From assembly GCA_009103225.1 (NCBI GenBank), contig RHPI01002090.1:480652-544651 (forward strand): DNA of 64,000 bases, read 5' to 3'. Below, piece by piece: positions 49,501 to 62,240 of this stretch (its first letter is position 1; the number at the start of each line of letters is the position of its first letter). Made by a program: the position numbers and the translations under genes. The notes below the pieces were generated by a model, which had not been told where the DNA came from, did not search any database, and saw nothing but the letters and a program-made list of their open reading frames with translations. Source of the stretch: Chlorokybus atmophyticus (lineage: Eukaryota; Plantae; Mesostigma and Chlorokybus algae).

Positions 49501-52500
49501 TGCCTTTCTGGGCCTTGCCAATTACTATCGTCGGTTCGTGAAGGACTTCGCAAGGATCGCGCGAATTCTCGACGAACTCCTAAAGAAGGAGGTGGAGTTT
49601 GCGTGGAAGGGGCCACAACAGCAGGCGTTTGAGGAGCTAAAGGGCAGGCTCACCACCGCTCCCATCCTGCAACGGCCTGATTACAACAAGCCCTTCATCC
49701 TCCACACCGACTGGAGCAAACTTGGGATGGGGGCTGTGCTGGTACAGCACGATGAGAACAAGAAGGAGCGGGTGGTGTCATACGCCAGCCAGAGCAACAA
49801 CATCGCTGAGGCCAACTACAGCAGCTACGAGGGGGAGTGCCGACTGCAGTATGGGCTATCTCCTTCTTCAGACCTTTCCTTTTTGGTCGACAATTCCAGC
49901 TGATCACGGATCATCAGCCACTCAAGTGGTTAATGACCAACAAACATCTGATATGGAGACTTGCTCGCTGGGCCCTATTGCTGCAGGAGTATGACTTCAA
50001 GATCAACCACCGCGCCGGCTTCACCAACCAGGACGCTGATGGCCTCAGTCGCAACCTCACCGCAGTACCAACGATGCAACCGGAGCTCGGCCCCGCAGCA
50101 GTAGCTCCCATTATGGCGGCCATGTTTGCTGTTGCCGCGTTACGGTCAGGGCGTCAGATCAACACCACCTCAACGACAGAGGAGGTTCCTGTCCTTGAGT
50201 CTACCGACCCCACAGTGACCACACCCCTAGGGGACGTCCACGCGGTCGACATCGAAGTCGATGACACCGAGCTGGCACCCACCAACACCAGGCAGGACAT
50301 ATGGCTGGACAAGCCATCACTCTCCTTCCTTCAAAGTGGCCAGCCTCCCTCCAATATGAGTGCACGAGAGAAAGATTGTGTCTGTCAGCGCACCCGCCAC
50401 TATCGGTGGGCGGATGACAAAGTGTACCGCCGCGTCCAGGACGAGCACAAGGAGGTGCCAACACCAGCTACACGCAAGGGCATCATCGCTGCCCTCCACA
50501 CGGAGCTTGGACACTTCAGTGTCAAGCGTACCGTCAGCCTGGTAAGGGCGCAATATTGGTGGTATGGGCTGTCCAAACAGGTGCAGGGTTCATTTGTCGA
50601 TGCCAGCAGTGTGACATGGTACGCGCCAGCCTCAACACATGCAGCGCCACCTTGCACCCTCTCCCCATCTCTGGGCTGTTCTATTGCTTGGGACTCGACA
50701 GTTTGGAAGACTTGGCACCCTCGGCGCGGGGCAACCGCTACATCCTGGTCATGATTGAGCACTTCTCCAAATGGGTGGAGCTGGTGCCATTACCCGACAA
50801 GAGCAGCAGGGGGGTGTTTCAAGCTTTCCTCTCCCATGTCCTCAGCCGGTTCGGCAGCTGCACTGAGGTCATCACCAACCAGGGCACTGAGTTCAGAGGG
50901 GAGTTCGGAACCCTGTTGGACAGATGCTACATCGATCATTGCCATACTTCACGTGACCACCCTCAAGCCGACGGTCTCGCCGAGCGGACGGTGCAGACTA
51001 TCAATAAGGCACTCCGCAAGTACGTGCTGGACTATGAGAAGACCATCTGGGACGACCACCTTCCGTGGGTGGCTCTTGGCTACCGTTTGTCGAAGTAGGC
51101 GGCGCTGCGCGAGTACAGCCCATACTACTTGCTGTTCGGGCGTCTGCCGTTGCTTCCCTTTCGTGCACAGCAGGAAGTAGACCGTGTGGTGGACAACCTC
51201 GACGATCCCGACTGGATGCACAATAACATCACCACACGTGCCACGCTGTTCGAGCACACCGTCCCGATGGCCTTCCACAACCTGCGCATCGCACAGCACC
51301 GTGACACTCTGCGCTACGAGCGCGTGCGGAGCGGCTTCTACAAGGAGCGCCAACGGCGGTTTTTAGCAGGTGATTTTGCCTACCGCATGGCAGCCACCAA
51401 GAACACGCTCGACACCTCCGTGGGCCGCACCGCCTACAAGGTACTCAAGGTGTACCCCACAGAGTGCTGGACCTTCTTGGTCAGAATGGCGAGAGGTTGA
51501 AAGACAACATGGTGAACTGCGCGCCATGTCACCTCCCTTACATAGCAGGCTTCGCGCGCATCCAGCAACCTCGCCCCGCCCGCAGCACACGCTGTAAACG
51601 CTGCGGCAGCGCCGGCGATGACGCACTCATGATGCTCTGCGATGGCTGTAACAAGGTCCTGCATTGCTATTGTCTGGAGCCCGCATTGGACGCAATACCC
51701 ATGGAGGAGTACTGGTGCGACGATTGCCGCATCAACGGTCCTCCTCACCTGCGTTAGCAACTGAGCTCTGGAGCTGGAACCTCCCCAGAAGCTCAGGGGG
51801 GGTGGCTTGTTGACTGTGTGTCCTACAGCAAAGCATGTACACTAAGTAAGACACCGCCTCCACATGTCCGTGTTCAGCAACAGTGGAGTGGCTCCACCAA
51901 GCATTCCTCGCCATACAAGCTGGGTTATCTTTTACTTTTGCCACAGGTTATAAGATGTTGCAGCAGCAGGATAAGCACGCATGACTTTCCCTGCAGCGGC
52001 CCGATACAGTGTGACCCTCGACTTCCCCCGACCCGACAGCTGTCATGCCTGGTGCCCACACATACCAGCCTTCATCGGGCATGTCTACATCAAAACCGTC
52101 GCCCGACCTACCGACATACCAACGCGCGCGCGTCCCTGACCAGTAGCTATGTCATGTCTTCAGGGTAGCTCACGACCAAAGCCCACATAGGCACCGCGCG
52201 TAGCTGTTCAGTTGTGAGTTCAGTGATAAGTAAATTTTATATCGAGTGACAACCGCTGTGGAAATAGCCTCGACATGACCATTAGCTTATGTTTTGAACA
52301 GTCATGATTTGACTTGTATAAGTAGTCACAGTGTTCACCGGATCAGCTGGTGACACTGTGAGTGAGAAAGCTAAGAGCTTGTGAAACGACTTGAACTACG
52401 AACACGCCATCTCGGTTACCAAGAACCCCCTCACTGTGTGAGAGCTTGTGCATGCTCGTGCGTGCATCGTGCTTGTCATCGCCGTGGGCCTGGTGTGCCT

Positions 52501-52931
52501 AGTTGCAGTGTGCTTGTTGGCATCAGTCAGGGCATAATACCCACGTGTTGCTTGCTCATTCACCTCACTTAACAGTGTAACACATTTTTCGCTCATGCAA
52601 AGAACTGTGTAAACAGCACTACCTATAGTAGTGGCTTGTTGATTGTGTGTCCTACAGCACAGCATGTACACTAAGTAAGATACCGCCTCCACATGTCCGT
52701 GTTCAGCAACAGTGGAGCGGCTCCACCAAGCATTCCTCGCCATACAAGCTGGGTTATCTTTTACTTTTGCCACAGCAACAGTGGAGCGGCTCCACCAAGC
52801 ATTCCTCGCCATACAAGCTGGGTTATCTTTTACTTCTGCCACAGGATATAAGATGTTGCAGCAGCAGGACAAGCACGCATGACTTTCCCTGCAGCGGCCC
52901 GAGACAGTGTGACCCTCGACTTCCCGCGACA
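46575..52931 (+). mobile_element. Second, 5'-truncated and more decayed DNMT-PHD Gypsy copy with the same split 3' structure
   Basis: Colinear with element 1 from WFRPHWDEEDG through ITVLELFGGIGSG, RT (SIDD), RNaseH, integrase and PHD (CKRCGSAGDD..CDGC..HCYC..WCDDC). PPT 51795-51802, s 51803-51815, X to 52038, gc, L 52041-52631, s 52632-52644, X to 52931 (with an internal ~70-bp duplication). Confidence 0.92.
47476..47932. mobile_element. Solo LTR (TGTTGA...TCAACA) of an unrelated family nested in the DNMT domain of element 2
   Basis: 6-bp inverted ends. The flanks rejoin as GAG GAT GTG CAC TCC GAG GAC (EDVHSED), matching ENVHSED of element 1. A cactc/ctc duplication is present at the junctions. 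Confidence 0.75.
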
Positions 52932-54549
52932 GCATACCACGCAGCCCGGCAGTCGCGGGTGCCGTATGTGATGGCCACTTATGGCCTGGCGCGTGTGATG
53001 CCGGCCGGCCAATAGTTGAACCTTAACGTCAAGGTGGTTTATGTTAGTACTTCATTTGCAATAATAACCACATAACTACACACTAATCGTCTTTTTTAGT
53101 AACGTTCTACTAATGTTCAATTATTAAACAATTTGTGTAAGTTTGTATTAACGCTATATTACTGCTACCAAGGTGACTTGGGGAGTTTCTTAATATAAGC
53201 ACAAATCAAAGACTTTACAAGTCAGCGTTTGTTTGGCTATCATAGCAAAGGAATCTCTCTCAATCACTGCCGCAATTAAATGGCAACATCGTCGCAAAAT
53301 GTTTCCCCTATCGGCCGACTAAATATTGGCAACGGCCGTGCACCTGAGGATACTCAGTTAGACTGTCGTGGCTCAGTCCACCTGTAATCTCGATACAGAC
53401 ACCTGAGTATAACTTCCGTTACTATCAGGCCCTAACCATTATAATTCAGTCCCTATTAGGTGACTGTGCGTAACTAACAGGTGCTTGTTAGTTACGCACC
53501 GGCAACTGTATGGTAACTGAGCTCGACTGTAAGGCACCGGTCAATTACACATCAGTCACCTTCAGGTATTTATGCGTAACTAACTGGCGATCGTATGCTG
53601 CCTAAGCGTGACTGACATGCACCTCATAGTACCTGCCGTTATTGATGTGTACCTTAGAAGGTACCTATCAGTACCATTCTATCATGATTAGATATTACAC
53701 GTGCGTGTCATGCTGTGAACGTGATTATGAAAAAACGCATCTGATAATATAAAGTTAGTCTGTTACAATTGTAACGTTGCTATGCGCAATGTAAACTACA
53801 CTAAGCTACAACAAGTACCTGCAGTAGTAGTCTACCACTACTACTGCAACTATCCTTATACTATTTTTTATCGCCGCTCCGCCTCCTCCGCTCCTGCGCC
53901 GCCGCCGCCGCCTGGCCTGGTCGGCCTGGCCCGGTCGCCCTGAGGCAGCAAAGGCGGTTAGCTTGAGCGAACAACACAACGTCATGACACACAAGCAAGC
54001 TTACCTCGCCATCGCGGCCGCCTCTCATACTCCGCCGCCGCCGCCGCCTGGCCTAGCTTGGCCTGGTTGGTTGGTCTGGCCGCCGCCCTGAGGCAAGAAG
54101 GGCGGTTGGGCTGCAGGTGTACTTGCGCACAACACAACTATAACACACAAGTGGACAGACTCACCTACTGTCGACAACCTAACCGACGCCGCCACCACCG
54201 CCGCCGCCGCCGCCGCAGCCCCTGCACAGCGCTCAAGTCAAGTGTCCAACTTGAACTTGACAGTGTTGAAGCCGTTGGGCGTTTGAATTGCCGAAGACAC
54301 GATGGCACAATCGTACCATTGTAGTAGTACGATTGTGCCATTGCCACAATGGAAGCATCGTTCTATGTCAATAATACGTTAATTGCATTGTATGATAGAC
54401 TATCAATGATTCATTAATACTCCCGACTTGCCGACAGTACGCGGCGAAAAATAGGAACTACCGGTCACGTGCTTGTCACTATAAGACGTCCCCGCGCATA
54501 ATGTGTTACGGTTAGGTGACGACCGATGTCGACCGGCACCACAAGTCAC

Positions 54550-54880
54550 TCAAACGCGACTTGCTTGCCACAACAGGCAGGCCGCCGCGCATACTACATG
54601 CCGGCTAGACTACGACCGACGGTCGGCCGTTACTATACATGATGACCAATAGGTGATCTGTTTGCTACAAAAAGCAGTCGCCACCGCGCAATTGCCGACC
54701 AACAATCGGCCGTTACTATAAGTGACCGAGAAGTGACTTGTTTGCCACAATAGGTAAGTCGCCATCTCGCACAATGACCGACCGGCGGTTGGCCGTCACT
54801 GCAAGTGACGTGCTTGCCATATTAGGCAGGCCGCCGTTGCATGTACCCATCGACCGTCGGTTGGCCGTCAACAACAGTCC
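54550..54880 (+). repeat. Four degenerate 70-100-bp tandem units
   Basis: Each unit carries g(t/c)gact(t)g(c/t)ttgcca..g(c/t)cgcc..cgacc..ggccgt(t/c)a; starts at ~54556, 54653, 54733, 54805. Confidence 0.7.
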
Positions 54881-57825
54881 ACATTAGCCGACGACAGACC
54901 CAACAGTTCAGCAGTGACATGTCAGGCAGGGTTAGGTAGGGTCAGGCACCCGGCAGTCCCTCAATCCTTGGTCAGTCACCGTGCAAAATTTGCTATGGTA
55001 GACACACGTTCCTTTACTTAGCCATATATCGACATTGACCATCATTCATGCGAGCTTGCATTATATAGGGATGCCCTTTTAGACCTGGACAACCCAGGTT
55101 GTTTAAAATCCAACGGCTTGTAGTCGCCGCTCAATTAATGCTACGCATACTGCCGTGCAAGTTGCACGATGCAGTCCGGCAGTCGCAGGTGCTTTTGTCG
55201 TGCCGTGGGTTGTGCCGGCCGGCCGACCGGCATTCAAAGTCATTTACACATCCCCAACCAATCAACCCGCCCACTCAGCCGCACCCCTAGTTATCGCTGT
55301 AGCTTTGCAACTTCAATCAAATGCATGGGTAATGCTTATTAACGCTCGTTTGGCTAAAGTCCATGTTTGGTGCCCCTTTTACATTAGCGGTTAATCGTTG
55401 ATGTTAAGTGGTAGGGTGTAAATTGGTAGGGTGTGAACAGTTAAAGTAAGGGTTAGAAAGACGGCATGTGTTTAAGGTATGGGGCCCGCTCCGACCTCGC
55501 ATTGCAAAAAATGCACAAATTCTAACCGCTAACTGTTGCTCAACTTGGCGTCAAAACGTCGACGGTTGGACTCCGTCGTTGAAATGTCGTTGTTGCAGAT
55601 ATGCCATTGAGATTGTCGAGCATTTTTTCAATGATTGGCATCTTTACGCCTGTCTTGGGCCACAGTGTGTAACACCGTTGCGAACCCATTTGATTACAAT
55701 CGTGCGCAATCAAGCGGTAGCCTAATGACGCAAATTATCGTTTGGTTGTATCTTAACGTTAAGGTGTTTTTTGAGGCTAATATTATGGATTGAATATGAC
55801 CATTTTGCTACCCACTAGGAACCTGCCAACGTAATGTGGCAGGAACGTTACTACTTAATTTGCCACCTCAATAAGTGTGTTACATGTCATATGGGCCATA
55901 TGCAACATAATGCCGGCATATGTGCACCGTGCAGATTGTGCGCATTATTGATATTTATTTGCAGATAGTTTGAGCAGTTGCATGACGTGGGGATGTGCTT
56001 TGGACGCTCGAGATCTATTTCTTGCAGATCGAACGGCTGATAGTTGATAGACGCCGCCTAGCCAATGAGCGGCAGGTGAGCCGCGCATACCGCGCAGCCC
56101 GGCAATCGCGGGTCCCCTATGTGATGCGCTTGGTGGGGTTTGCGTGTGCCCGAATGCCGCCCCGCCCAATCAGCCGCACCGCTCGTTGGGTTGCCTACCT
56201 ATGTAATGCAAATTGCAATGTGTTGCTTAAGCCCCAATAACGACTGGTATTACCAGTTAAACCGGCTGAGTTTGTCTGCGTGGGCCTAGCACGTTTATTA
56301 CACTGATAGCAACGTGCACGCCTACATCCATCTGTGCATGATCGAAAATATGAGATTGTCGGACGCTGACCAGGGCAGAACTCTGCACGGTTGCATGCAC
56401 TTTATGTGAGTATGTGCAGCCGTACAGTAGGCCCTAGGTGTAGCCGTACAAGAGACCTCTCATTGCCACCAAAAAGTATCAGCCGCTACAAGCCCGGTTG
56501 GCGCACTGACAATGCTTCGTGGTGCTGCGTCAGCACGCGCCCGTCAAAACTACGGCACGCGTCGACAGGGGACTCAGCATTATTGACGAGCCGAGTGTCC
56601 TCAGCTGTCCGGCGGATGTCCGATGGGCGTCTGGAAACACAGGTCTGTACGCTATATACATGATACTGAAGGGACTGTACCTAGCCAATTCAGTTCCTTC
56701 CTTTCCGCGTGCACGTGCTGTGCGCTCACCATCGCCGATGCTCACGTTATGCTGATGGAAGCGCACGCTCCAGCCCTTGGAAACGTCAGGTGGACACTCG
56801 CACGTTGCTGATACCACGCGCAGATAACGCACGCACACACAAGCTCCGAGCTGGCGGACGATCGGGGCTTTGGTCCCGCGCTCGCCCACAGGCTGCATGC
56901 CTCAGCACTCTCCGCCCACCGCCGCCCCAGCTGGTGCGTGTGCCACCAGCATCGCTTGAGACTTGTGCTCAGCGGCCTGGTGAGGTGCTGCTGGAAATCG
57001 AGGCAGACAAGAAGCTGCAGGGGCCAAAGCAGAGGGTGTGCTGAGTGACTTCTGCTGCGGCTGGCGCGTCGCCGCCGAGCTGGTGGGCGGCTTCTTGGGT
57101 GCGTGTATTGAGCGCTGCTTAGTAGTAGCGCTGGCCGATCGTTCTTGCTGGCGCTGTGATGTCTTGCTGAAAGTCTTGAACGTGTATGCAGTAGATGGCG
57201 TCGTTAGTGCACAGTTCAGCTTTGGCTTTGCTGACAACTTGCTTAGTTTAGGTCATGCGTGTAATGTTCACTGGGCGAGCTACTGACAGTCATGCACCAA
57301 CTCCGGTGCCGGGAGCAGCAGGGTCAACAGCTCTGTGTTTGCCGACTGCATTGCTTGAAAGCAGTGCTGTCGGCTTTGTGGGTTGTTGGCTTTGTGGCTT
57401 TGGCGTGCAGAAGCCAGCTTCTCACATGCTGTTGTTCAACCAGCTCAACTCAGTTTATAGAAGATATGTGACGTGTCCGCTACTTCAGGGGACACGTGTG
57501 CTTTTTGTCGTAGCTTTAGAGGTGCGCTGCTCAAATGCTGGCTGTAAAATACTGGCTGTGAACTTGTACGTTTTCTGCTCAACTGCCAGCAGCGTGCTGC
57601 ACACAGGTTGTTCATTGCACTGAGTGTGCATTCGCTACGTCGATATTTTCCAAATACTCCGTTCAGTCTTCGAATTCTCCACGCGTAGCAGTGCACATGT
57701 TGAATGATTCGCCTGCTGCAGGTGTGGTCGGTGGCAAAATGGTGTGTACACTATGACGACAGCATCCTGACATTGAGTTGCTGGTAGACAAACCCCTCCT
57801 TGGCTGGGTTTTTCCATATCACTGC

Positions 57826-60065
57826 ATGGCGCGGGAACCGTTGCTGTTGACATGCGTGTTGCTGTCGATTGCGCTGTGCGCCGTGCATCCAACTTCAGCA
57901 AGGAGGCTTTTGCAAGATCAGCAGTGCAGCCAAGCATGCTTTGACGCTGCGGTGCCCAATTTCGATGTCGGAAGCTCGTTTCTGTACTTTGATGCCGGAT
58001 GCACAAATGAATCGCTGCCAGGATGCCAAGCCAGCACCGGATGCCGCTTGTGCCAGATCTCCAGCGACGCTTTAAACCCTCAGTGCCCGCAATGTGTGTG
58101 TGATTACTACGCAGGCCAAGGGACTGATGTGCCCGGGTGTGTTCTATTGTCACCAGCTGCTGCCCCGCCCAACGATGCAACCTCACCTCCTTCGCCAAGC
58201 TCGACACCACCATCGACAACACCATCGCCACAACCAGCAGGTACACTCACACCGCCTGCTCTTACCCCACCTTCTCCCCTGGCAGCACCGCTAGACATGC
58301 CAACAGCACCTCAAGGTGCAACCAACAGTCAGTCTTCATAATGGGCTCCGTGATTGCAAGCAAGTGCAACGCATGGGTTGGGGAACAGTGCTCACACGCA
58401 TGTTTTACAGTGTTGCTCTTGCTTGCTCATGTTGCATGTGGACGTTTTGCAGGCAACACCACCTTTACAGTGGACTTGCAACTTGTTGGGCCACAGAGCG
58501 TCTTGATACCCTTTGATCTGGAACGTCAGCAGCAAGTGCTGTTGGCATTGACGCAAGCTGTTCCAGCACTAGGGTGCGTGGTGGGTGTATCGTTATCACA
58601 CTTAACCACAACTTTGCCCAATAACTTATTGGTCTGGTTTCACGCTGATGCCATCTTGCGCTGTAGGTCTAGCATAGTCTCCTTTACCAGCATCACGCAA
58701 ACTGGCAGGCGCTTGCGTAGAACATTGCTGCAGGATCCAACTGTGACCGTGCTGGCCACACTGTTGGTGACAACCGCAGCAAACCAGGCAACACAACTGC
58801 TGACAGACATACAGAATGTATTATCAAGTGGTGCAATCACTGCCAACCTGCCGTCCCAAGGTGAGCCCCCCTGCATCAATCCCTCGTTCGACTGGAGTCC
58901 AACACGTACTTGTTTGGATCACTTTGTCATACAGCAAGCCTTGCCCCCGCATTGTGACGTTAGTTCATTGCCTGCGTGTTGTGCGCCGTGCAGGACTTGC
59001 CAGTGTGGCTGTATCATCTGTATCCCCTCCGCCTTATCAGACTCCCGTACCGCCCACAGGTTGGTGCGGAGATTTCATTCTAGATACACAGTTGATCTGG
59101 CACGTCACGTCTGGCTTTGGTGTCACAAGTTCATACATTAACAACGTGTTTGCAGGTGGCTCAAATGGCAGCACTAGTGTAGGTGCCATTGTTGGCGGGG
59201 CCGTTGGCGGTGTTGTTGTGCTGTTGCTGCTAGCAGCTTTGGCACTTTATTTCCTGAAAAGGAGAAGGCGAGGACAAACTTCCTCTCACCCATCTATCCT
59301 GAAGCCAACGCACAAGTCGCCGCTCAGTTCGACTGCTGCATCCGCGGCTGGCATCCACCAACCGAGGGTTGCGGACAGCGTGCAGATGGTACCATCCACT
59401 CCAAGTCCAAAATCGCAGGTTTGTGCATATGCGCATTGTGGCTTTGCTAACCTCACATAACTTGGTGATATGGGAAGACACGTTACACGTGCATATCAAC
59501 TGCAAACATTGCCGTTATCGCACTGCGATGCACGAATCTGTGGCACATGTGCAAACTCTGCTTATCTCACAGTCTGACTTGCAATACGCAGGGCCTGATT
59601 GTGACAGAAAACAAGTCAAGGTTGTCGCTGGACTCAAGCCTCCCATATGTGTCGGCCACATGGGAAAGCAAGCAGCAGGGCGAGATGAAGTGGCTGCAGG
59701 CCCCTTCCCCTCCAATGCCAGTGTCGGCACCCAACTCTCGGCCACCAAGTTTTGATGTTCGAAGAGGGTAAGCACTGCAAAGTACTCAATTATCAACCAG
59801 GCATAACAGCCTTAATTCTGCTGTCTCACTGTCATGCGCCATCATGCGCGTGCGTTCATGTGCATGTCTGTGTGCGTCTCATACACAAGTGTGCCACCAG
59901 GATGGACGACCCCAAGCGGGAACCAACATCAGGGAAGACGTTTGCCATGAGTGCCGCTGACAGAGCATGGAGATCAGTTGAGCTGAGCAAGGAGATGGTA
60001 CAACAAGTAGCTGATACTTATGGCGCAGAGGAGGAGGCTGCCCCGTCAAGCTCTCCGCGTAGATA
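57826..60065 (+). CDS. Type I membrane protein: signal peptide, Cys-rich domain, Pro/Ser/Thr linker, second extracellular domain, TM helix, short cytosolic tail
   Basis: MAREPLLLTCVLLSIALCAVHPTSA|RRLLQ; CSQAC..C..GC..GCRLC..C..CVC; PPSPSSTPPSTTP; exons 57826-58315, 58453-58573, 58667-58860, 59060-59419 join in frame; TM GAIVGGAVGGVVVLLLLAALALYFL then KRRRR. Downstream exons (59594-59770, ~59900-60065) are less certain. Confidence 0.7.
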
Positions 60066-60990
60066 ACTTCTGATCAAGCTCAATCATCGTGCAACCTATG
60101 TTATATGCACACCGTAAAGTACACATTCCTTCATTTACAGCATGAGATCCTCTTCGCGCTACATATATGCTGGTACTGAACCGTTCCATCACTTGTGGTG
60201 ACGGCCACTGGTTGACCTCATTATGTGCTGCATGTGTTGGCAACTAGCACTGCCTGAGTTGGCTCACGAAGTCAGAAAGTGTTCGTGCTGCCAACTAGGC
60301 AGCATGGTTATGGTACAACACTACAGCTCGTCAAGGTGGTCAGATTTCCTTCCAGAATGGAATTGCAGTCACCGTTGCAAACCGCTATATTTCTTGCCTG
60401 AGTACATGGTAGCGTTCAACAGGGTCATGGTGTCCTTGGACATGTTCAAGTTGTCAGCTACATTGACCCAATCAACCTTCAATTGTTGTGCAAAGATGCG
60501 GATGTTGCTGTGTCTGCTTGATTCTGGCCCCTCTACTCCACCCGTGGGGCCAGTACCCACCACGACCAACATGGACGATTGTTGGGATGGCAGGTGTGAA
60601 CGTGTCTACGTAGCGGCGTACATCAAATGCAGGACATGCGCATGCACAACGTGTAGTTCAGTCAGCACGTAGCAACACATGCAAGGTGTCGTACAAATGA
60701 CAATTTGTTGACCACTGGGCTACTACTAGCACGCTAATCTACTGCCTCTACCCGGTTAGACATGCAGCAGTCAATATGCAGTTGGTAATCACCTGCCCAC
60801 ATGGGCGTTGGTCAGTTGTTGGCGCTTTCGGTCACACAGATAGCATGCAAATTGGCGACCAGGACTCCCCCTCCCTCTCTCCCTGGCTCCGCCTCTTTCC
60901 TCGCCCTCTGCTAGCGACGCAGCAGGGTTTGCTGGGTTGTGTCGTAGTTGCGTTGCACTGCCGACGTCAGCAGTGCCTGGTCCAGTGCCC

Positions 60991-61532
60991 TTGGTGGCCT
61001 CCGAACACGGTCGAGATACGCGCATGCTCTTGGATGTCACGATCACCGCATGCGGCGAGCAACCGGGAGGCGCAGCGAAGGCGGCGGAGCAGGCGAAGCG
61101 GCGAAAATACCACGATCACCCCGCCGCCGACACATTCCATCCCCTCGTCGCCGAGTCGCACGGCACCCTGGGCCAGAGTTTTCACGACGTCATCGACACA
61201 TGCGCTAGGAGGGCGCTGGCTGCACGTGACCTGCCATTGCGCAGGCTATCAGGCTACTTGGCTCTGTACCGGCAGCGCGTGTCTTGCGCGCTGCAGCGCG
61301 CCCAGGGCATCACCATCCTGGAGCGGGGGGCGGCAGTCGTTGCGGCAGTACCAGGCTGGGGTCCGGTCCAGACGGCGGCGCCAACGGCGGAAGCGGACGC
61401 TGTGCTGGCAGCTGCGGCAGTGTAGTTGTGTAGGCGTGCTTGCATGCCGCTGACATGCGTGTGAGTATTCTTGTGCAATGATAGGCAGGGATGACAGTGC
61501 ATAGCTTGGTGTGACGATTTTGCTGTTAGTGT
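60991..61532 (+). mobile_element. 5'-truncated copy of the CRE-like element (RLE C-terminus + 3'UTR)
   Basis: Near-identical to ~2484-3027 (ttggtggcctccgaac.. through TAG and catagcttggtgtgacgat..ttagtgt). Confidence 0.93.
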
Positions 61533-61584
61533 CACAGCAGTGCCCTCCGCACAGGTTGTGCTGTGTTCGGTTTGGGTGCTGGGC

Positions 61585-62240
61585 TGGTTAGGTGCTGGTT
61601 GGGGTTGGGTGGTGGGGTTGGTTTCCTGCGTCTCCGGCATGGGCAAGCTGTGCTACCACACAGCGTGCTCCCCATGCGGTCTTTGCGGGGTGCGACACTT
61701 GCACGCCTGATACACCAACTGGTACAGCAGTGGAGGCGGTGTACAGTATGCGTAGCTGCCGGTGCGTAGCATCTGCTGCCTCAGCGTGGCCAACAGACGT
61801 TTCAGAGGATGTCCATCGTTGTGCATTGCCACCAACAGGTCCACCATGGCTTGGATGAAGTGCGTGCGATAAGTGCAAACTTGCACAAACCTCACGAACT
61901 GCGATTGCACCACGCCCAGCTTGATACAGCGGGCCACATTGGAATCTGGTTGTGGTGCGCGGTGATGTGCTGCAGCACTGTACGCCGGTAGGTCGCGCTT
62001 GCAGTACAGTTTGGTGCATATGCCATCCGCCGTTTGAAACACTGCGTATTCCAGAAATGGTAGCGTGGTACCTTCTGCTGTACGTGACACCGTCACAATG
62101 TGCCGCGGGTACACACCGCCGCCTGGTGTCCCTGGTGCCTTGTACAACAGCTCTTGGAACTCCGGTAGGTCTGCTACAAAGAGATCATCAGTGTACGCGC
62201 AGGATTCCCTGTGTACAACGTTGCAGCAGCGACATGTATG
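61585..62240 (-). mobile_element. Penelope-like element (Naiad/Chlamys-type) RT palm-thumb remnant
   Basis: YTDDLF..LYK..GGGVYP..LPFLEY..TKLYCKRD..APQPDSNV..KLGVVQSQFVRFVQVCT..F..L..M..DGHPL fits the PLE pattern YxDD..LY..GxYP..FLD..LYDKR..P..S..SQ..RF..C. No GIY-YIG follows the thumb. Confidence 0.75.

Noticed and set aside
27649-53700. One giant DNA transposon bounded by the repeats at 27.65 and 53.3 kb
   Set aside because: The repeats are in direct, not inverted, orientation and no TSD or transposase was found.
56700-57700. Possible extra gene upstream of the membrane-protein gene
   Set aside because: Short frames on both strands with no motif or consistent splice chain I could support.
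60300-60600. Minus-strand fragment resembling a transposase tail, and further broken frames at 62.4-64.0 kb
   Set aside because: No diagnostic residues; the putative PLE 'PMG' motif near 62600 is too weak to call.
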